Assembly (NCBI GenBank): GCA_951406725.2
Contig: OX597842.1
Location: 17,050,001-17,114,000, forward strand
From: Octopus vulgaris
Taxonomy: Eukaryota
Direction of reading: 5' to 3'
DNA length: 64,000 nt
Both the position numbers and the translations under genes were made by a program. The notes beneath the pieces were generated by a model. The model saw only the letters and a program-made list of their open reading frames with translations. It was not told the origin of the DNA and made no database searches. This document shows, piece after piece, positions 25,962 to 41,475 of this stretch. Each line of letters starts with the position of its first letter. Position 1 is the stretch's first letter.

Positions 25962-27108
25962 TAATAATAATAATTATAATAATATCAATAATAATAACAA
26001 TAATAATAATAATATTATTTCAATCCTAATCAAGGCTTTATTTCATAAAAAGTTTTACTCCTTTCTTGTACTCGATGACCACACCACTTTCGATGGCATT
26101 GAGTATAAATTATCTAGTGCATAATTAAAAATTTAAAGCTATCGATATATTGCCAAGTTAAAATAAAATCGTTTCGGTCACCATGCATCCAAACGCAGTA
26201 GACTTCTTTCAAGCGGTTTATTTACTAAGATCGATGGTTAGAAACAGTTGCTGTTAAAAACCTAACAAAACTACGGCTATAACTGATAATTTACATATCT
26301 TCTGAAGAGCAAAACATTCTGGAGAGAAAGAGAAACGAATATAAGACCTGGAATTTAAGAACTTATTTAACGAAAAGTGAAATTACCTGGTGACGACTTC
26401 TGGAGTAAGAGAGAAAAAAAGTTCAAGTCGGCCAGCGATTTTATAAGAGTGGAAGAACTCGGGAGAGATTGCTTTAAAGACATTGTCTTCCCGAAGCCAA
26501 TGCAAAAAGAAATCAACTGTGAAATATCTTGAAATTATTCTTAAATTATCAGAACGGAGGGAATAGGAATAAATAAAAGTAAGTTTGTTTATCGAGACTA
26601 GGAAAAGGGAACATTAAAAGGCAGAAGCTTATTGTTTGCAGTGGGACACGTCTTGTAGGTCGATTTTGCAACTAAAAGTAAAGTTTACTTAACGATCTCT
26701 GTAAATGTCATGAATCTTAAAAGTAAGTGAATTAATAATATTAAGAATGAAATGAGAGATAATTACTGAATTTGTTTTTATTATTCTATGATGTAAAATA
26801 TTGTAGCTGACTTGTGCTTTTGTTACACTCGGTTTAACATTTTCATTTTCCACTTCCGATGAGAATGGAAAGGACGGAGATGGATTTGTAGAAGTCATGG
26901 CTCGATTGATCAACTATCCTTTCTACTCTGTCTTGAAATTTAACGTTCTGATTTCGAATTTTGCTGTGATTTATAATTTAATGCAGATAGACAGATTTAA
27001 AATAAAGAAATAGATATGAAAAAAGGGTAATAAGTGTTAGGATAGTGATTAGCTAGCTTTTTTGTGTGTATGCATGTGTGTACATGTGTGTATATTTATG
27101 GTATTTAT

Positions 27109-27190
<82 letters not shown>

Positions 27191-27671
27191 GTAGGTGGTT
27201 TGTGTGTTACTTCCTAATTACATGGATCCGGGTTCGGCCCCACAGCGTGTCACCTTGCGAAAGTGCCTCCTCTGCAGCCTCGGGTAGGTCAAAGGCCCAA
27301 AACCTGAAAGTAGATTCGGAACTAGAAGGACCCGCGTTCATCTATCTAACTATCTGTCTATCTATCTATCAATCTATCTATCTATCTACCTGTATATATG
27401 TATATATGTATATATATGTATACACACATATATATCTAAATATACATATATATACACAAATCCATATATATATAAATATATACATATATGTATATCATAT
27501 GTATGTAAACATATGTACATATACATATATATATACGTATATATACTTAAATGTATATATATGAAGATATATATACTTATGTGTATATATAGTTATAGAT
27601 ATATGTATGTATGTATATATATGTATATGCATATATATGTATATGTATATATATGTATATATACAAGGTTA

Positions 27672-27703
<32 letters not shown>

Positions 27704-28585
27704 CATATATATATATATGTATATATACATGTATATATATATATATGTATATATATATGTGTGTATGGATATAAAAATTATTTTTATAATGTTATTATTA
27801 TTATTATTATAGAAATAATAATAATAATAGTAATAATGATAATGGTAATAATAATTTTAAAAAATAATTATAATAATAATAATAATAATAATATTGATAA
27901 TAATAATAATAATAATGTTAATAATAATAATAATAATAATATTAATAGTAATAATAATAATATTAACAATAATGATAATAATAAAAATAATAATAAATGC
28001 CCTGATGCAGTACCAGGCAGTGGCTCTCATGGCTTCTGATCTTAACTGATTGGAAGTGTTATCATGTATATTGTTTTGTCTTGGTATAAAAGATGGGCTA
28101 AAGCAAATATTCTGCTCAATACCACAGATTTGCTGGTTAGTTGTTTGACCTTAACCAGTTGAGCATGTCCCTTAGTGGCTGACGATATGTGCATTTCTGA
28201 TCACGAGCAGAAGTAGTGGAGAAGCATCATAGCCATGTGTTGAGAGGGATTCTTTGGGGTTTGAATAGTTCACCTCAGGAAACATGGGTGGTTCTTTCAA
28301 CATCCTTAAACAACCCTTAATCAGGGACCGTTTGAGCGGGATGAGCTACTCAACCTGAAGAAAATTCAAACTGTGCCCCACCTGCAAGGTGATGTGCTGT
28401 TTATTTTGATATGAGATCACCATGTCGCGCACATATGGTTGTGATGCATGTGCCTGGTGTAACTTTATCAGACGGGTAGTCATGATAGGTATATTGGGCT
28501 TCGTATATTTTACCCCAGTGTCACTTTGATGGCATGAACTGCTCTCTCACTCAATAATAATAATATTAATAATAATAATAATAAT

Positions 28586-28630
<45 letters not shown>

Positions 28631-28663
28631 AATAACAATAATAATATTAATAATTATAATAAT

Positions 28664-28694
<31 letters not shown>

Positions 28695-29881
28695 ATAATA
28701 ATAATAATAATGATAATAATAATAATAATAATGATAATAATAATAATAATAATATTAATAATAATAACAATAATAATAATAATATTATTTCAATCCTAAT
28801 CAAGGCTTTATTTCATAAAAAGTTTTACTCCTTTCTTGTACTCGATGACCACACCACTTTCGATGGCATTGAGTATAAATTATCTAGTGCATAATTAAAA
28901 ATTTAAAGCTATCGATATATTGCCAAGTTAAAATAAAATCGTTTCGCTCACCACGCATCTAAACGCAGTAGACTTCTTTCAAGCGGATTATTTACTAAGA
29001 TCGATGGTTAGAAACAGTTGCTGTTGAAAACCTAAAAAAACTACGATTAAAACTGATAATTTACTTATCTTCTGAAGAGCAAAGCATTCTGGAGAGAAAG
29101 ACAAACGAATATAAGACCTGGAATTTAAGAACTTATTTAACGAAAAGTGAAATTACCTGGTGACGACTTCTGGAGTAAGAAAGAAAAAAGTTCAAGTTGG
29201 CCAGCGATTTTATAAGAGTGGAAGAACTCGGGAGGGATTGCTTTAAAGACATTGTCTTTACGAAATCAATGCAAAAAGAAATCAACTGTGAAATATCCTG
29301 AATTTATTCTTAAATTATCAGAACGGAGGGAATAGGAATAAATAAAAGTAAGCTTGTTTATCGAGACTAGGAAAAGGGAACATTAAAAGGCAGAAGCTTA
29401 TTGTTTGCAGTGGGACACGTCTTGTTGGTCGATTTTGCAACTAAAAGTAAAGTGTACTTAACGATCTCTGGAATACTCATGAATCTTAAAGGTAAGTGAG
29501 TTAATAATATTAAGAATGAAAAGAGAGATAATTACTGAAATTGTTTTTATTATTCTATGATATAAAATACTGTAGCTGACTTGTGCTTTTATTACACTCG
29601 GTTTAACATTTTCATTTTCCACTTCCGATGAGAATGGAAAGGACGGAGATGGATTTGTAGAAGTCATGGATCAATTGATCAACTATCCTTTCTACTCTGT
29701 CTTGAAACTTAACGTTCTGATTTCGAATTTTGCTGTGATTTATGATTTAATGCAGATAGACAGATTTATAATAAAGAAATACATATGAAAAAAGGGTAAT
29801 AAGTGTTAGGATAGTGATTAGCTAGCTTTTGTGTGTGTATGCATGTGTGTACATGTGTGTGTGTATTTATGCGCATATATA

Positions 29882-29932
<51 letters not shown>

Positions 29933-31339
29933 GTAGGTGGTTTGTGTGTTACTTCCTAATTACATGGATCCGGGTTCGGCCCCACAACGTGTCACCTTGC
30001 GAAAGTGCCTCCTCTACAGCCTCGTGTTGGTCAAAGCCCCAAAACCTGAAAGTAGATTCGGAACTAGACGGACCCGCGTTCATCTATCTAACTATCTGTC
30101 TATCTATCTATGAATCTATCTATCTATCTACCTGTATATATGTATATATGTATATATATATGTATAAACACATATATATCTAAATATACATATATATATA
30201 CACAAATCCATATATATATAAATATATACATATATGTATATCATATGTATGTAAACATATGTACATATACATATATATATACATATATATACTTAAATGT
30301 ATATATATATGAAGATATATATACTTATGTTTATATATAGTTATAGATATATGTATGTATGTATATATATGTATATGCATATATATGTATATGTATATGT
30401 ATATATATGTATATATACAAGGTTATATATATATATTTATATATATACACACATATATATATATATATACATATATATATATGTATATATACATGTATAT
30501 ATATATATGTATATATATATGTGTGTATGGATATAAAAATTATTTTTATAATGTTATTATTATTATTATTATTATTTTAGAAATAATAACAATAATAGTA
30601 ATAATAATAATGATAATAATAATTTTTAAAATAATTATAATAATAATAATAATAATAATAATATTGATAATAATAATAATAATAATGTTAATAATAATAA
30701 TAATTATAATATTAATAGTAATAATAATAATATTAATAATAATGATAATAATAATAATAATAATAAATGCCCTGATGCAGTACCAGGCAGAGGCTCTCAT
30801 GGCTTCTGATCTTAACTGATTGGAAGTGTTATCATGTATATTGTTTTGTCTTGGTATAAAAGATGGGCTACAGCAAATATTCTGCTCAATACCACAGATT
30901 TGCTTGTTAGTTGTTTGACCTTAACCAGTTGAGCATGTCCCTTAGTGGTTGACGATATGTGCATTTCTGATCACGAGCAGAAGTAGTGGGGAAGCATCAT
31001 AGCCATGTGTTGAGAGGGATTCTTTGGGGTTTGAATAGTTCACCTCAGGAAACATGGGTGGTTCTTTCAACATCCTTAAACAACCCTTATTCAGGGACCG
31101 TTTGAGAGGGATGGGCTACTCAACCTGAAGAAAATTCTAACTGGGCCCCACCTGCAAGGTGATGTGCTGTTTATTTTGATATGAGATCACCATGTCGCGC
31201 ACATATGGTTGTGATGCATGTGCCTGGTGTAACTTTATCAGACGGGTAGTCATGATGGGTATATTGGGCTTCGTATATTTTACCCCAGTGTCACTTTGAT
31301 GGCATGAACTGCTCTCTCACTCAATAATAATAATATTAA

Positions 31340-31370
<31 letters not shown>

Positions 31371-31428
31371 ATTAATAATTATAATAATATTAATAATATT
31401 AATAATAATAATAATAATATTAATAATA

Positions 31429-31489
<61 letters not shown>

Positions 31490-32634
31490 TAATAATAATA
31501 ATAATAATATTAATAATAATAACAATAATAATAATAATATTATTTCAATCCTAATCAAGGCTTTATTTCATAAAAAGTTTTACTCCTTTCTTGTACTCGA
31601 TGACCACACCACTTTCGATGGCATTGAGTATAAATTATCTAGTGCATAATCAAAAATTTAAAGCTATCGATATATTACCAAGTTAAAATAAAATCGTTTC
31701 GCTCACCATGCATCCAAACGCAGTAGACTTCTTTCAAGCGGTTTATTTACTAAGATCGATGGTTAGAAACAGTTGCTGTTGAAAACCTAACAAAACTACG
31801 GCTATAACTGATAATTTACTTATCTTCTGAAGAGCAAAGCATTCTGGAGAGAAAGAGAAACGAATATAAGACCTGGAATTTAAGAACTTATTTAACGAAA
31901 AGTGAAATTACCTGGTGACGACTTCTGGAGTAAGAAAGAAAAAAAGTTCAAGTTGGCCAGCGATTTTATAAGAGTGGAAGAACTCGGGAGGGATTGCTTT
32001 AAAGACATTGTCTTTACGAAATCAATGCAAAAAGAAATCAACTGTGAAATATCCTGAATTTATTCTTAAATTATCAGAACGGAGGGAATAGGAATAAATA
32101 AAAGTAAGCTTGTTTATCGAGATAGGAAAAGGGAACATTAAAAGACAGAAGCTTATTGTTTGCAGTGGGACACGTCTTGTTGGTCGATTTTGCAACTAAA
32201 AGTAAAGTTTACTTAACGATCTCTGTAAATGTCATGAATCTTAAAAGTAAGTGAATTAATAATATTAAGAATGAAATGAGAGATAATTACTGAAATTGTT
32301 TTTATTATTCTATGATGTAAAATATTGTAGCTGACTTGTGCTTTTATTACACTCGGTTTAACATTTTCATTTTCTACTTCCGATGAGAATGGAAAGGACG
32401 GGGATGGATTTGTAGAAGTCATGGCTCGATTGATCAACTATCCTTTCTACTCTGTCTTGAAATTTAACGTTCTGATTTCGAATTTTGCTGTGATTTATGA
32501 TTTAATGCAGATAGACAGATTTAAAATAAAGAAATACATATGAAAAAAGGGTAATAAGTGTTAGGATAGTGATTAGCTAGCTTTTTTGTGTGTATGCATG
32601 TGTGTACATGTGTGTGTGTATTTATGGTATTTAT

Positions 32635-32684
<50 letters not shown>

Positions 32685-33147
32685 GTAGGTGGTTTGTGTG
32701 TTACTTCCTAATTACATGGATCCGGGTTCGGCCCCACAGCGTGTCACCTTGCGAAAGTGCCTCCTCTGCAGCCTCGGGTTGGTCAAAGCCCCAAACCCTG
32801 AAAGTAGATTCGGAACTAGAAGGACCCGCGTTCATCTATCTAACTATCTGTCTATCTATCTATCAATCTATCTATCTATCTACCTGTATATATGTATATA
32901 TGTATATATATGTATACACACATATATATCTAAATATACATATATATATACACAAATCCATATATAAATATATACATATATGTATATCATATGTATGTAA
33001 ACATATGTACATATACATATATATATACATATATATACTTAAATGTATATATATGAAGATATATATACTTATGTGTATATATAGTTATAGATATATGTAT
33101 GTATGTATATATATGTGTATGCATATATATGTATATGTATATGTATA

Positions 33148-33216
<69 letters not shown>

Positions 33217-34077
33217 GTATATATATATATATGTATATATATATGTGTGTATGGATATAAAAATTATTTTTATAATGTTATTATTATTATTATTATTATT
33301 ATTATAGAAATAATAATAATAATAATAATAATAATGGTAATAATAATTTTAAAAAATAATTATAATAATAATAATAATATTGATAATAATAATAATAATA
33401 ATAATGTTAATAATAATAATAATTATAATATTAATAGTAATAATAATAATATTAATAATAATGATAATAATAAAAATAATAATAAATGCCCTAATGCAGT
33501 ACCAGGCAGTGGCTCTCATGGCTTCTGATCTTAACTGATTGGAAGTGTTATCATGTACATTCTTTTGTCTTGGTATAAAAGATGGGCTACAGCAAATATT
33601 CTGCTCAATACCACAGATTTGCTTGTTAGTTGTTTGACCTTAACCAGTTGAGCATGTCCCTTAGTGGTTGACGATATGTGCATTTGTGATCACGAGCAGA
33701 AGTAGTGGGGAAGCATCATAGCCATGTGTTGAGAGGGATTCATTGGGGTTTGAATAGTTCACCTCAGGAAACATGGGTGGTTCTTTCAACATCCTTAAAC
33801 AACCCTTATTCAGGGACCGTTTGAGCGGGATGGGCTACTCAACCTGAAGAAAATTCTAACTGGGCCCCACCTGCAAGGTGATGTGCTGTTCATCTTGATA
33901 TGAGATCACCATGTCGCGCACATATGGTTGTGATGCATGTGCCTGGTGTAACTTTATCAGACGGGTAGTCATGATGGGTATATTGGGCTTCGTATATTTT
34001 ACCCCAGTGTCACTTTGATGGCATGAACTGCTCTCTCACTCAATAATAATAATATTAATAATAATAATAATAATATT

Positions 34078-34123
<46 letters not shown>

Positions 34124-34180
34124 TTAATAATTATAATAATATTAATAATATTAATAATAATAATAATAATATTAATAATA

Positions 34181-34241
<61 letters not shown>

Positions 34242-35441
34242 TAATAATAAAAATAATAATATTAATAATAATAACAATAATAATAATAATATTATTTCAA
34301 TCCTAATGAAGGCTTTATTTCATAAAAAGTTTTACTCCTTTCTTTTACTCGATGACCACACCACTTTCGATGGCATTGAGTATAAATTATCTAGTGCATA
34401 ATTAAAAATTTAAAGCTATCGATATATTGCCAAGTTAAAATAAAATCGTTTCGCTCACCATGCATCCAAACGCAGTAGACTTCTTTCAAGCGGTTTATTT
34501 ACTAAGATCGATGGTTAGAAACAGTTGCTGTTGAAAACCTAACAAAACTACGGCTATAACTGATAATTTACTTATCTTCTGAAGAGCAAAGCATTCTGGA
34601 GAGAAAGAGAAACGAATATAAGACCTGGAATTTAAGAACTTATTTAACGAAAAGTGAAATTACTTGGTGACGGCTTCTGGAGTAAGAAAGAAAAAAGTTC
34701 AAGTTGGCCAGCGATTTTATAAGAGTGGAAGAACTCGGGAGGGATTGCTTTAAAGACATTGTCTTTACGAAATCAATGCAAAAAGAAATCAACTGTGAAA
34801 TATCCTGAATTTATTCTTAAATTATCAGAACGGAGGGAATAGGAATAAATAAAAGTTAGCTTGTTTATCGAGACTAGGAAAAGGGGACGTTAAAAGACAG
34901 AAGCTTATTGTTTGCAGTGGGACACGTCTTGTTGGTCGATTTTGCAACTAAAAGTAAAGTTTACTTAACGATCTATGTAAATGTCATGAATCTTAAAAGT
35001 AAGTGAATTAATAATATTAAGAATGAAAAGAGAGATAATTACTGAATTTGTTTTTATTATTCTATGATGTAAAATATTGTAGCTGACTTGTGCTTTTATT
35101 ACACTCGGTTTAACATTTTCATTTTCCACTTCCGATGAGAATGGAAAGGACGGAGATGGATTTGTAGAAATCATGGATCGATTGATCAACTATCCTTTCT
35201 ACTCTGTCTTGAAACTTAACGTTCTACTTTCCAATTTTGCTGTGATTTATAATTTAATGCAGATAGACAGATTTAAAATAAAGAAATATATATGAAAAAA
35301 GGGTAATAAGTGTTAGAATAGTGATTAGCAACTGTTGTGTGTGTATGCGTGTCTGTACATGTGTTAGTTAGTTAGTTAATTTGGCTCAAAAGAAAATAGC
35401 AAGGCCATGTAGGGGACATGGAGTTAAGTACAGGGTGGTGT

Positions 35442-38309
35442 TTATGTAAAGAGTTCAGGCCACTTGAGGTCCAGGGAGGCTTTGAACAAAGCGGTCGTCG
35501 GCATCTTCACCATCTCGTCTGGCAGCTTGTTCCACGGATCCGCAACCCGGACGGAGAAAGCTCCTCTTCTTCGATTGGGATTAAATCGTCGCAGGTAGAG
35601 CTTTTCGGAATGACCCCGCAGCCGACGCTCTGGAGCAGGAGTGAAGAACAGCTCTTTCGAGAGGTTACACTTTCCGCTTATGATGTTGTGGGCGAGAATG
35701 AGATCACCACGGCGGCGGCGTTTTTCAAGAGAATAAAGGTCGAGTGTCCTCAGCCTTTCTTCGTAGGACAAATTTTTGAGACCATGAACCATGCGGGTAG
35801 CCAGCTTCTGGACTCTTTCGAGATGCTGTATGTCTTTGAGGAGATAAGGAGAAGAGGCATGAATCCCATACTCCAATATGGGTCTCACCAGCGTGACATA
35901 GAGTGGTAGGAATATGGCTGCTGTGAGCATTCCGAATGACCGTCAAATCAAGAACAGAATTCCGCGTGCTTTGTTGGCAGCATGGACGCACTGGGCCGAA
36001 GGCGAAAAGGAGGAATCTACCAAGATACCCAGGTCCTTTACCTGATCGGTCCTCTCCAGCAGCAGACGACCCGGCTCGAAATCAAGTTGAGTTGCTGGAG
36101 TAGAGCCGATAGGCAGATGACAGCACTTTGACACGTTCAGACGCAGGTCGCAATCGTTAGACCACTTCCAAATTTGGTGGAGGCATCGACGAAGATCCTC
36201 TATATTACCGCGAGGAGCGACCAGTTTGATATCGTCGGCAAATAGAAGGGTGTGTTGCGTGAGGTCGTCGAGCAAGTCATTTATGAAGACTAAGAACAAC
36301 AAGGGCCCAAGCACTGAACCTTGAGGCACGCCACTGCTCGCACTGGAGACGTCGGACCGCGAACCATTAACTTGGACTTGGAAGGAGCGATCTGAGAGGA
36401 AGGCACCAACCCATCGTACAATATCCGGATGGAAACTATATGCTTGAAGCTTGACAAGTAATAGGCTGTGGTTTACCGAGTCAAAAGCTTTGGCAAAGTC
36501 CAATAAAACGATGTCAACAGCATCACTATCATCGAGGATGCGCGTCACCAATTCTTCCATTACTAGAAAGTTGGTCAAGCATGATCTCTTCGGCACGAAG
36601 CCGTGTTGGGAATCAGAGATAGAGGCTGTGTTTAGGAGGTGGAGCGTCATACTTTTCTTAAGGATGGTTTCGAACATCTTGCTGATTATTGATGTAAGGG
36701 AAACCGGTCGGTAGTTAAGCGGGTCTTCGCGGCTCTCTTTCTTGAAAATTGGGCAGATTATCGCTGTTCTCCAGTCTGCAGGTATAACACCCGTCGCCAA
36801 TGACATATTGAATAGTCGTGTTAAGGGCTCGCAGATGACCGGAGCCAACGCTTTGATAACCCGTGGGTGTATGCCGTCAGGGCCGTGACCCTTGTTGACA
36901 TCGAGGCCTTGAATAACACGTTTGACTTCGTCCCGCGTGTTGACCAATCGAAGCATTGGAGGTACCGATCTATCAAATGGAGGGGGTTCACGACCATCAT
37001 CTTGTTTGAAAATAGTTGAAAAAGCCTCGGCAAATAATTGACTCTGTTGATAAGGGTCCTCAATCGATACGCCTGTTGAGTCTACCAACGTTGCAATCTG
37101 GTTGTTCAAGCGGGAATTCCGCTGGACATGGGCAAAGAAGGTTTTTGGATTGCTACTGGCATTTGCCGCGATTTTGTATTCATAACTGAAGCGTTCTTTC
37201 TTTTCAATTTTCACGGCTCGGTCTCGTTGAGTTTTGTACACCTCAAAAGCTGCAGTCGAATCCAGATTTTTGAATTCAGCCCAAGCAATATCTCTGAGTC
37301 GACGTTCTCGTTTAACCTTCTTCGTCACCCAGGGCTTGTGTTTCTTCCTCTTGGGAAGCCCAACGGGAACTGCCTGGTCAGTCAAACAGATTACATATGC
37401 TTTGAGGGATGACCATAGTTCGTCAACTGAGGACAACGTCATCAGGGATCGCCAGTCCAGAAGCGCGGAAGCCTCGGTTAGAATTTCAAGATTAATTGCA
37501 GAGAAGACTCTACGTGGCAGCGAAGTAGTCGTGGGCGTAGAAAAAGTTGTGTGCATGACGAACTTCAGGACCGCATGATCACTCTTGGCAAGAGGGGCGC
37601 ACACAGATACGTCTGACACTGATCTTGGATAGCGGGAGAATACCAGATCTAGCATAGATGGCTGCTGCCCAGACCGATGCCTTGTCGGATATTCAACATG
37701 TTGCGATAGAAAACAATCTTCAGCCACGTCAAGAAGGGCCTGGCCGAACCGGGAAGATATTGTACAAATTGATGCGGGCCAATCGATCGTGGGAGCGTTG
37801 AAGTCTCCTAGTACCAAACAGTCATGCGAAGCTGAAACGAATCTTATCGCTTCGAGTAAATGAGCATCGTCCTGGGGGTCGGCAAGAGGCGGCCTGTAGA
37901 CAGCCAACACGGGCAGGCAAAACTCAGATAGGCTCAGCTTGCAATAGACGGCATCGAATTTTGTTGTAGGTTGAGCATTAGTGGGTAGAATACCGCTGGA
38001 CGGTTTGTGCTCAGACTTAACATACACAGCAACACCTCCACATCTGAAAAGGATGTAGCCCTGCAGGTGGATTTCTGAGTCCTTTACTGCTGGAGTCAGC
38101 CAAGTCTCGGTGATAGCTATCACATCAGGGGAGTCACGTATGGCCAGTGTAAATAGTTCACTGAACTTTGGGAATAAGGAGCACAAGTTGGTGTAGACGA
38201 TGCTGAGCTGTGAAGTCTGATGGACGGGAGTTGGGGAACAAGCAGAATAAGGGGCATCAGAGATAGCATCGTTGACGGGGGTATCAACTTCACTTCGATT
38301 TGCCCTCAC
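35442..38309 (-). pseudogene. LINE ORF2 (APE endonuclease + RT) with one in-frame TGA at 35943-35945
   Basis: ITETWL, VYRPP, LGDFN, LDLVF..SDH, NYRPVSLTS, DFAKAFD, GVPQGSVLGP, FADD; ORFs 35943..38309 and 35442..35930 are in frame (FLI*RSFGML). Confidence 0.92.
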
Positions 38310-39475
38310 ATCACTTTCCCTGTCAGCACTACAGCGTGGGACCAGAGGTAGGACTTGATTATCTGTCCATCTTGGATTCGTAAACCCTTCTCTCCCATTT
38401 GTTTCCTCGTCTTTAGTTCGGATATTAGGTTTCTCCGGCGAATTCTCTCTCTTAGTGAGTATTCCTCGCGAAAACCCATATTGGGGTCCTCCCAGGCATG
38501 CGTCTGAGCTCTGTTCAGAAAGACTGAAGCCTCCCGATCGGAAGAAAAGATTACCCTTATTGGGCGTGGTCTAGTATCTGAGGTTGGGTTCGCTTGGAAT
38601 CTTCCTAGCCGAGCGACCTTATGGACACTGACATTTTCGTTCACAGAGAACAATTCTCCAACTAAAATGGAAACAAAATTAATGTCATCTTTTAGGCGGT
38701 TTATGCCTGTATCACAGGTGGATTCAGCTTTACCATAAATTATTGCTGATCTTGAGTGGGCAAAATTTTCTCTACTATGAGCTGCAGTATTCGATTCTTC
38801 ATTGGAAGATTTCGAAAGGGTGGTTTCATAGCCATCGGACTTATGTCGGCCTGTGGGGTCGATCGGAATGGGTTTAGTGGTCATAATTTTCCCGCCTGGT
38901 TTGGAACTGCACTGCCTCTTCTTCGGTTTGGAGGAACACCACTCCCCAGATGAACTCACATCGAGATCGTTCAGAATTGGTTGAGCAATGGCATTAATAG
39001 GAAGGACAAGTGAGGGAGAATCCAAACAGATTTTATCGTGATCAGGTTTCATAGCTAAATCTGCCCCACTGGAGTTTTGACTACGTTTCTTCTTTTGGGG
39101 AGAACAACGGTCTTCAGGTGGGTTTGAGTCTACGCTCCTCAAATTAGGTTGGGGAACCTCCGGGACCGAAAAGGCAGATGAGGAAGAATCCGCACAGGAA
39201 CGATCATGTGCAGAAACGACCGCCGGTTCCTTCGCCTTCTTTGGCCGCTTCGATTTTGTTCCCTTCGGTTTGGACGTCTCCAGGGAAGAAATCAAGGGTG
39301 ACTCTGCGTCAACAGGAGACTGTTTATTCAGTAAAAGAGCAACAACAGACTTTAGGTGCTCGACCTCTTGTTTGAGCAACAGCAACTGCTCGTTGAGCTG
39401 ACTATTGGTAGGACCATCATCTTGATGAGAAGCCCTTCTTGCAGATCTCAGTTTCGATCCGTAGGTAGCTGACAT
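38306..39475 (-). CDS. LINE ORF1 (N-terminal coiled coil, disordered middle, RRM/L1-ORF1-like C-terminus)
   Basis: 389-aa ORF abutting ORF2; heptad LNEQLLLLKQEVEHLKSVV; ARLGR..RPRPIRVIF motif typical of CR1/L2 ORF1. Confidence 0.85.
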   Translation of the reverse strand: MSATYGSKLRSARRASHQDDGPTNSQLNEQLLLLKQEVEHLKSVVALLLNKQSPVDAESPLISSLETSKPKGTKSKRPKKAKEPAVVSAHDRSCADSSSSAFSVPEVPQPNLRSVDSNPPEDRCSPQKKKRSQNSSGADLAMKPDHDKICLDSPSLVLPINAIAQPILNDLDVSSSGEWCSSKPKKRQCSSKPGGKIMTTKPIPIDPTGRHKSDGYETTLSKSSNEESNTAAHSRENFAHSRSAIIYGKAESTCDTGINRLKDDINFVSILVGELFSVNENVSVHKVARLGRFQANPTSDTRPRPIRVIFSSDREASVFLNRAQTHAWEDPNMGFREEYSLRERIRRRNLISELKTRKQMGEKGLRIQDGQIIKSYLWSHAVVLTGKVM

Positions 39476-40692
39476 GATGGATGGTTGACTAAAAACAATC
39501 TTCTATGGGCTCCAGGACAAATCGGAGTTAAATCAGGAACAAAAAACAGGTGCAATCCTTGTAGGAGTAGGCAACAGCAGACAAAATCTGAGAGAGTTTG
39601 GGCTGAGCTGAATCACAATCCAAGATTGAAAGCAGACGGTGCAACGAGTCGGGAACCCTTCCTAATTGTCTGAAGCAGCTTTAGGATAAGAGATAGTATG
39701 TCCAACTTTAGAATATTGATATACATGTAAAATGTTCCACACGATTAAATATCATTTGACGTGTCATTTAGTACTTCAATAATTGCATCTGCGCATGTTT
39801 GTATATGTGTGAATAATGTGTTTATGTGCGAGAAGGCACATGTTTTTGTCTATCGTTAATTTAGTTTATTCATTTTTTCTTTTTTTTTTCTCACGTTTTT
39901 CCCTTTTAAAGTATTTCTTTTCAAAGTAAATTATACGTTGGAGGGAGGGCTGGTGGTTTGTTTTTATTGTAAATTCTCTTTTCTCCCAACACAGAGAAAG
40001 AAAGGGATTTTTCGTTGGTGCCACCGGTATAATTCAGACACGGGGAAAGACATCTCGGTGTCATCGTCAACTTGAATGTTTCTAATTCTAGCGATAGTAG
40101 CAACAGCAGTAAATTCTGATAGCAGCAGTAGTAAATAGCTCATAAAGTGAGATGAAGAACGATCGATCTAAGAGAGTTCAAATTGTCCGCAATAGTGTTG
40201 ATGGAATTTGCGAAGAGTGACCTTGACTTTGAGAAAAATCAAAGGAGGGGCCGACTATAAACAGTACTTATGAATAGAGTCATGTACGAGCAGAGCGAAA
40301 CTATAAATAGTATTTTTTCTTTTCTTTTCTTTTTCTTCTTATTCTCCACGTGTTTAATAATGTGATTGCAATAAAAGGTATGTCTGCATATTTCGGATAG
40401 TCAAGAAGAAAATAAATGTTAGCTGGTGTTTACGTCCATACTTTTAGCGTGCATTTAATTGTGTTGTTACAATAAAGGCATTTTTACATAATCTGATACT
40501 CAAGGAAGAGGTGACGGCAAAATGTTCACACAAAAAATGGAGATATTTATGATTCTAAAATTTTCGTCCCAAACTGTACGTTTGGAACTCTTTAGCTTAT
40601 TTTGAGGGAAATTCAAATTACTCACAGAAAATAGTAGATATTCCAGTAATTACAGTTGTTTATCAGTAATCCTGTGTGTCTGTATCTATGCG

Positions 40693-40746
<54 letters not shown>

Positions 40747-41433
40747 GTAGATGGGTCTGTGTGTAACTTCCTAATTACATGGATCCGGGTTAAGCCACAC
40801 GGCGTTTCACCTTGCGAAAGGGCCTCTTCTGCAACCTCGGGTTGATCAAAGCCCCAAAACCTGAAAGTGGATTTTGAACTAGAAGGACCCGCGTACATCT
40901 ATCTATCTATCTGTCTATCTATCTATCTATCAATCTATCTACATACATGTATGTATGTATATATGTATATACATGTATACACACATAGATATCTGTATAG
41001 ACATATATGTATGTGTATATATATATAGATATATATATATACATATATATATACACATACATATATATAAATATATATATATGTATATCATATGTATGTA
41101 TACATATGTATATATACAAATATATATATATACATATATATACTTAAATGTATATATATAGATATATATACTTATATGTATATATAGTTATAGATATATG
41201 TATGTATATATATATATGTATATATATATATGTATATGCATATATATGTATATGTATATATATGTGTGTATATGTATATATGAATATGTATATATACAAG
41301 TATATATATATATCTATAAAGATGTATACATTCATGTATATATATATGTATATATATATGTATATATATATGTGTGTATGCATATATAAATTATTTTTAT
41401 GTTATTATTATTATTATTATTATTATTATAGAA

Positions 41434-41475
<42 letters not shown>

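Larger units (their letters stand above)
35364..40673 (-). mobile_element. Probably full-length two-ORF CR1/L2-type LINE (~5.3 kb) with a (TAAC)n tail and ~1.2 kb 5' region
   Basis: ORF1 and ORF2; tail gttagttagttagtt at 35363-35378; removing the block rejoins the unit's TG tract. Confidence 0.88.

Noticed and set aside
35147-35210. Bulged hairpin in the core (aggacggag..gtagaaa..ggat..atcc..tttctac..tctgtctt) as a pre-miRNA or snoRNA
   Set aside because: Large asymmetric bulges, no canonical C/D or H/ACA boxes, and substitutions among copies are not clearly compensatory.
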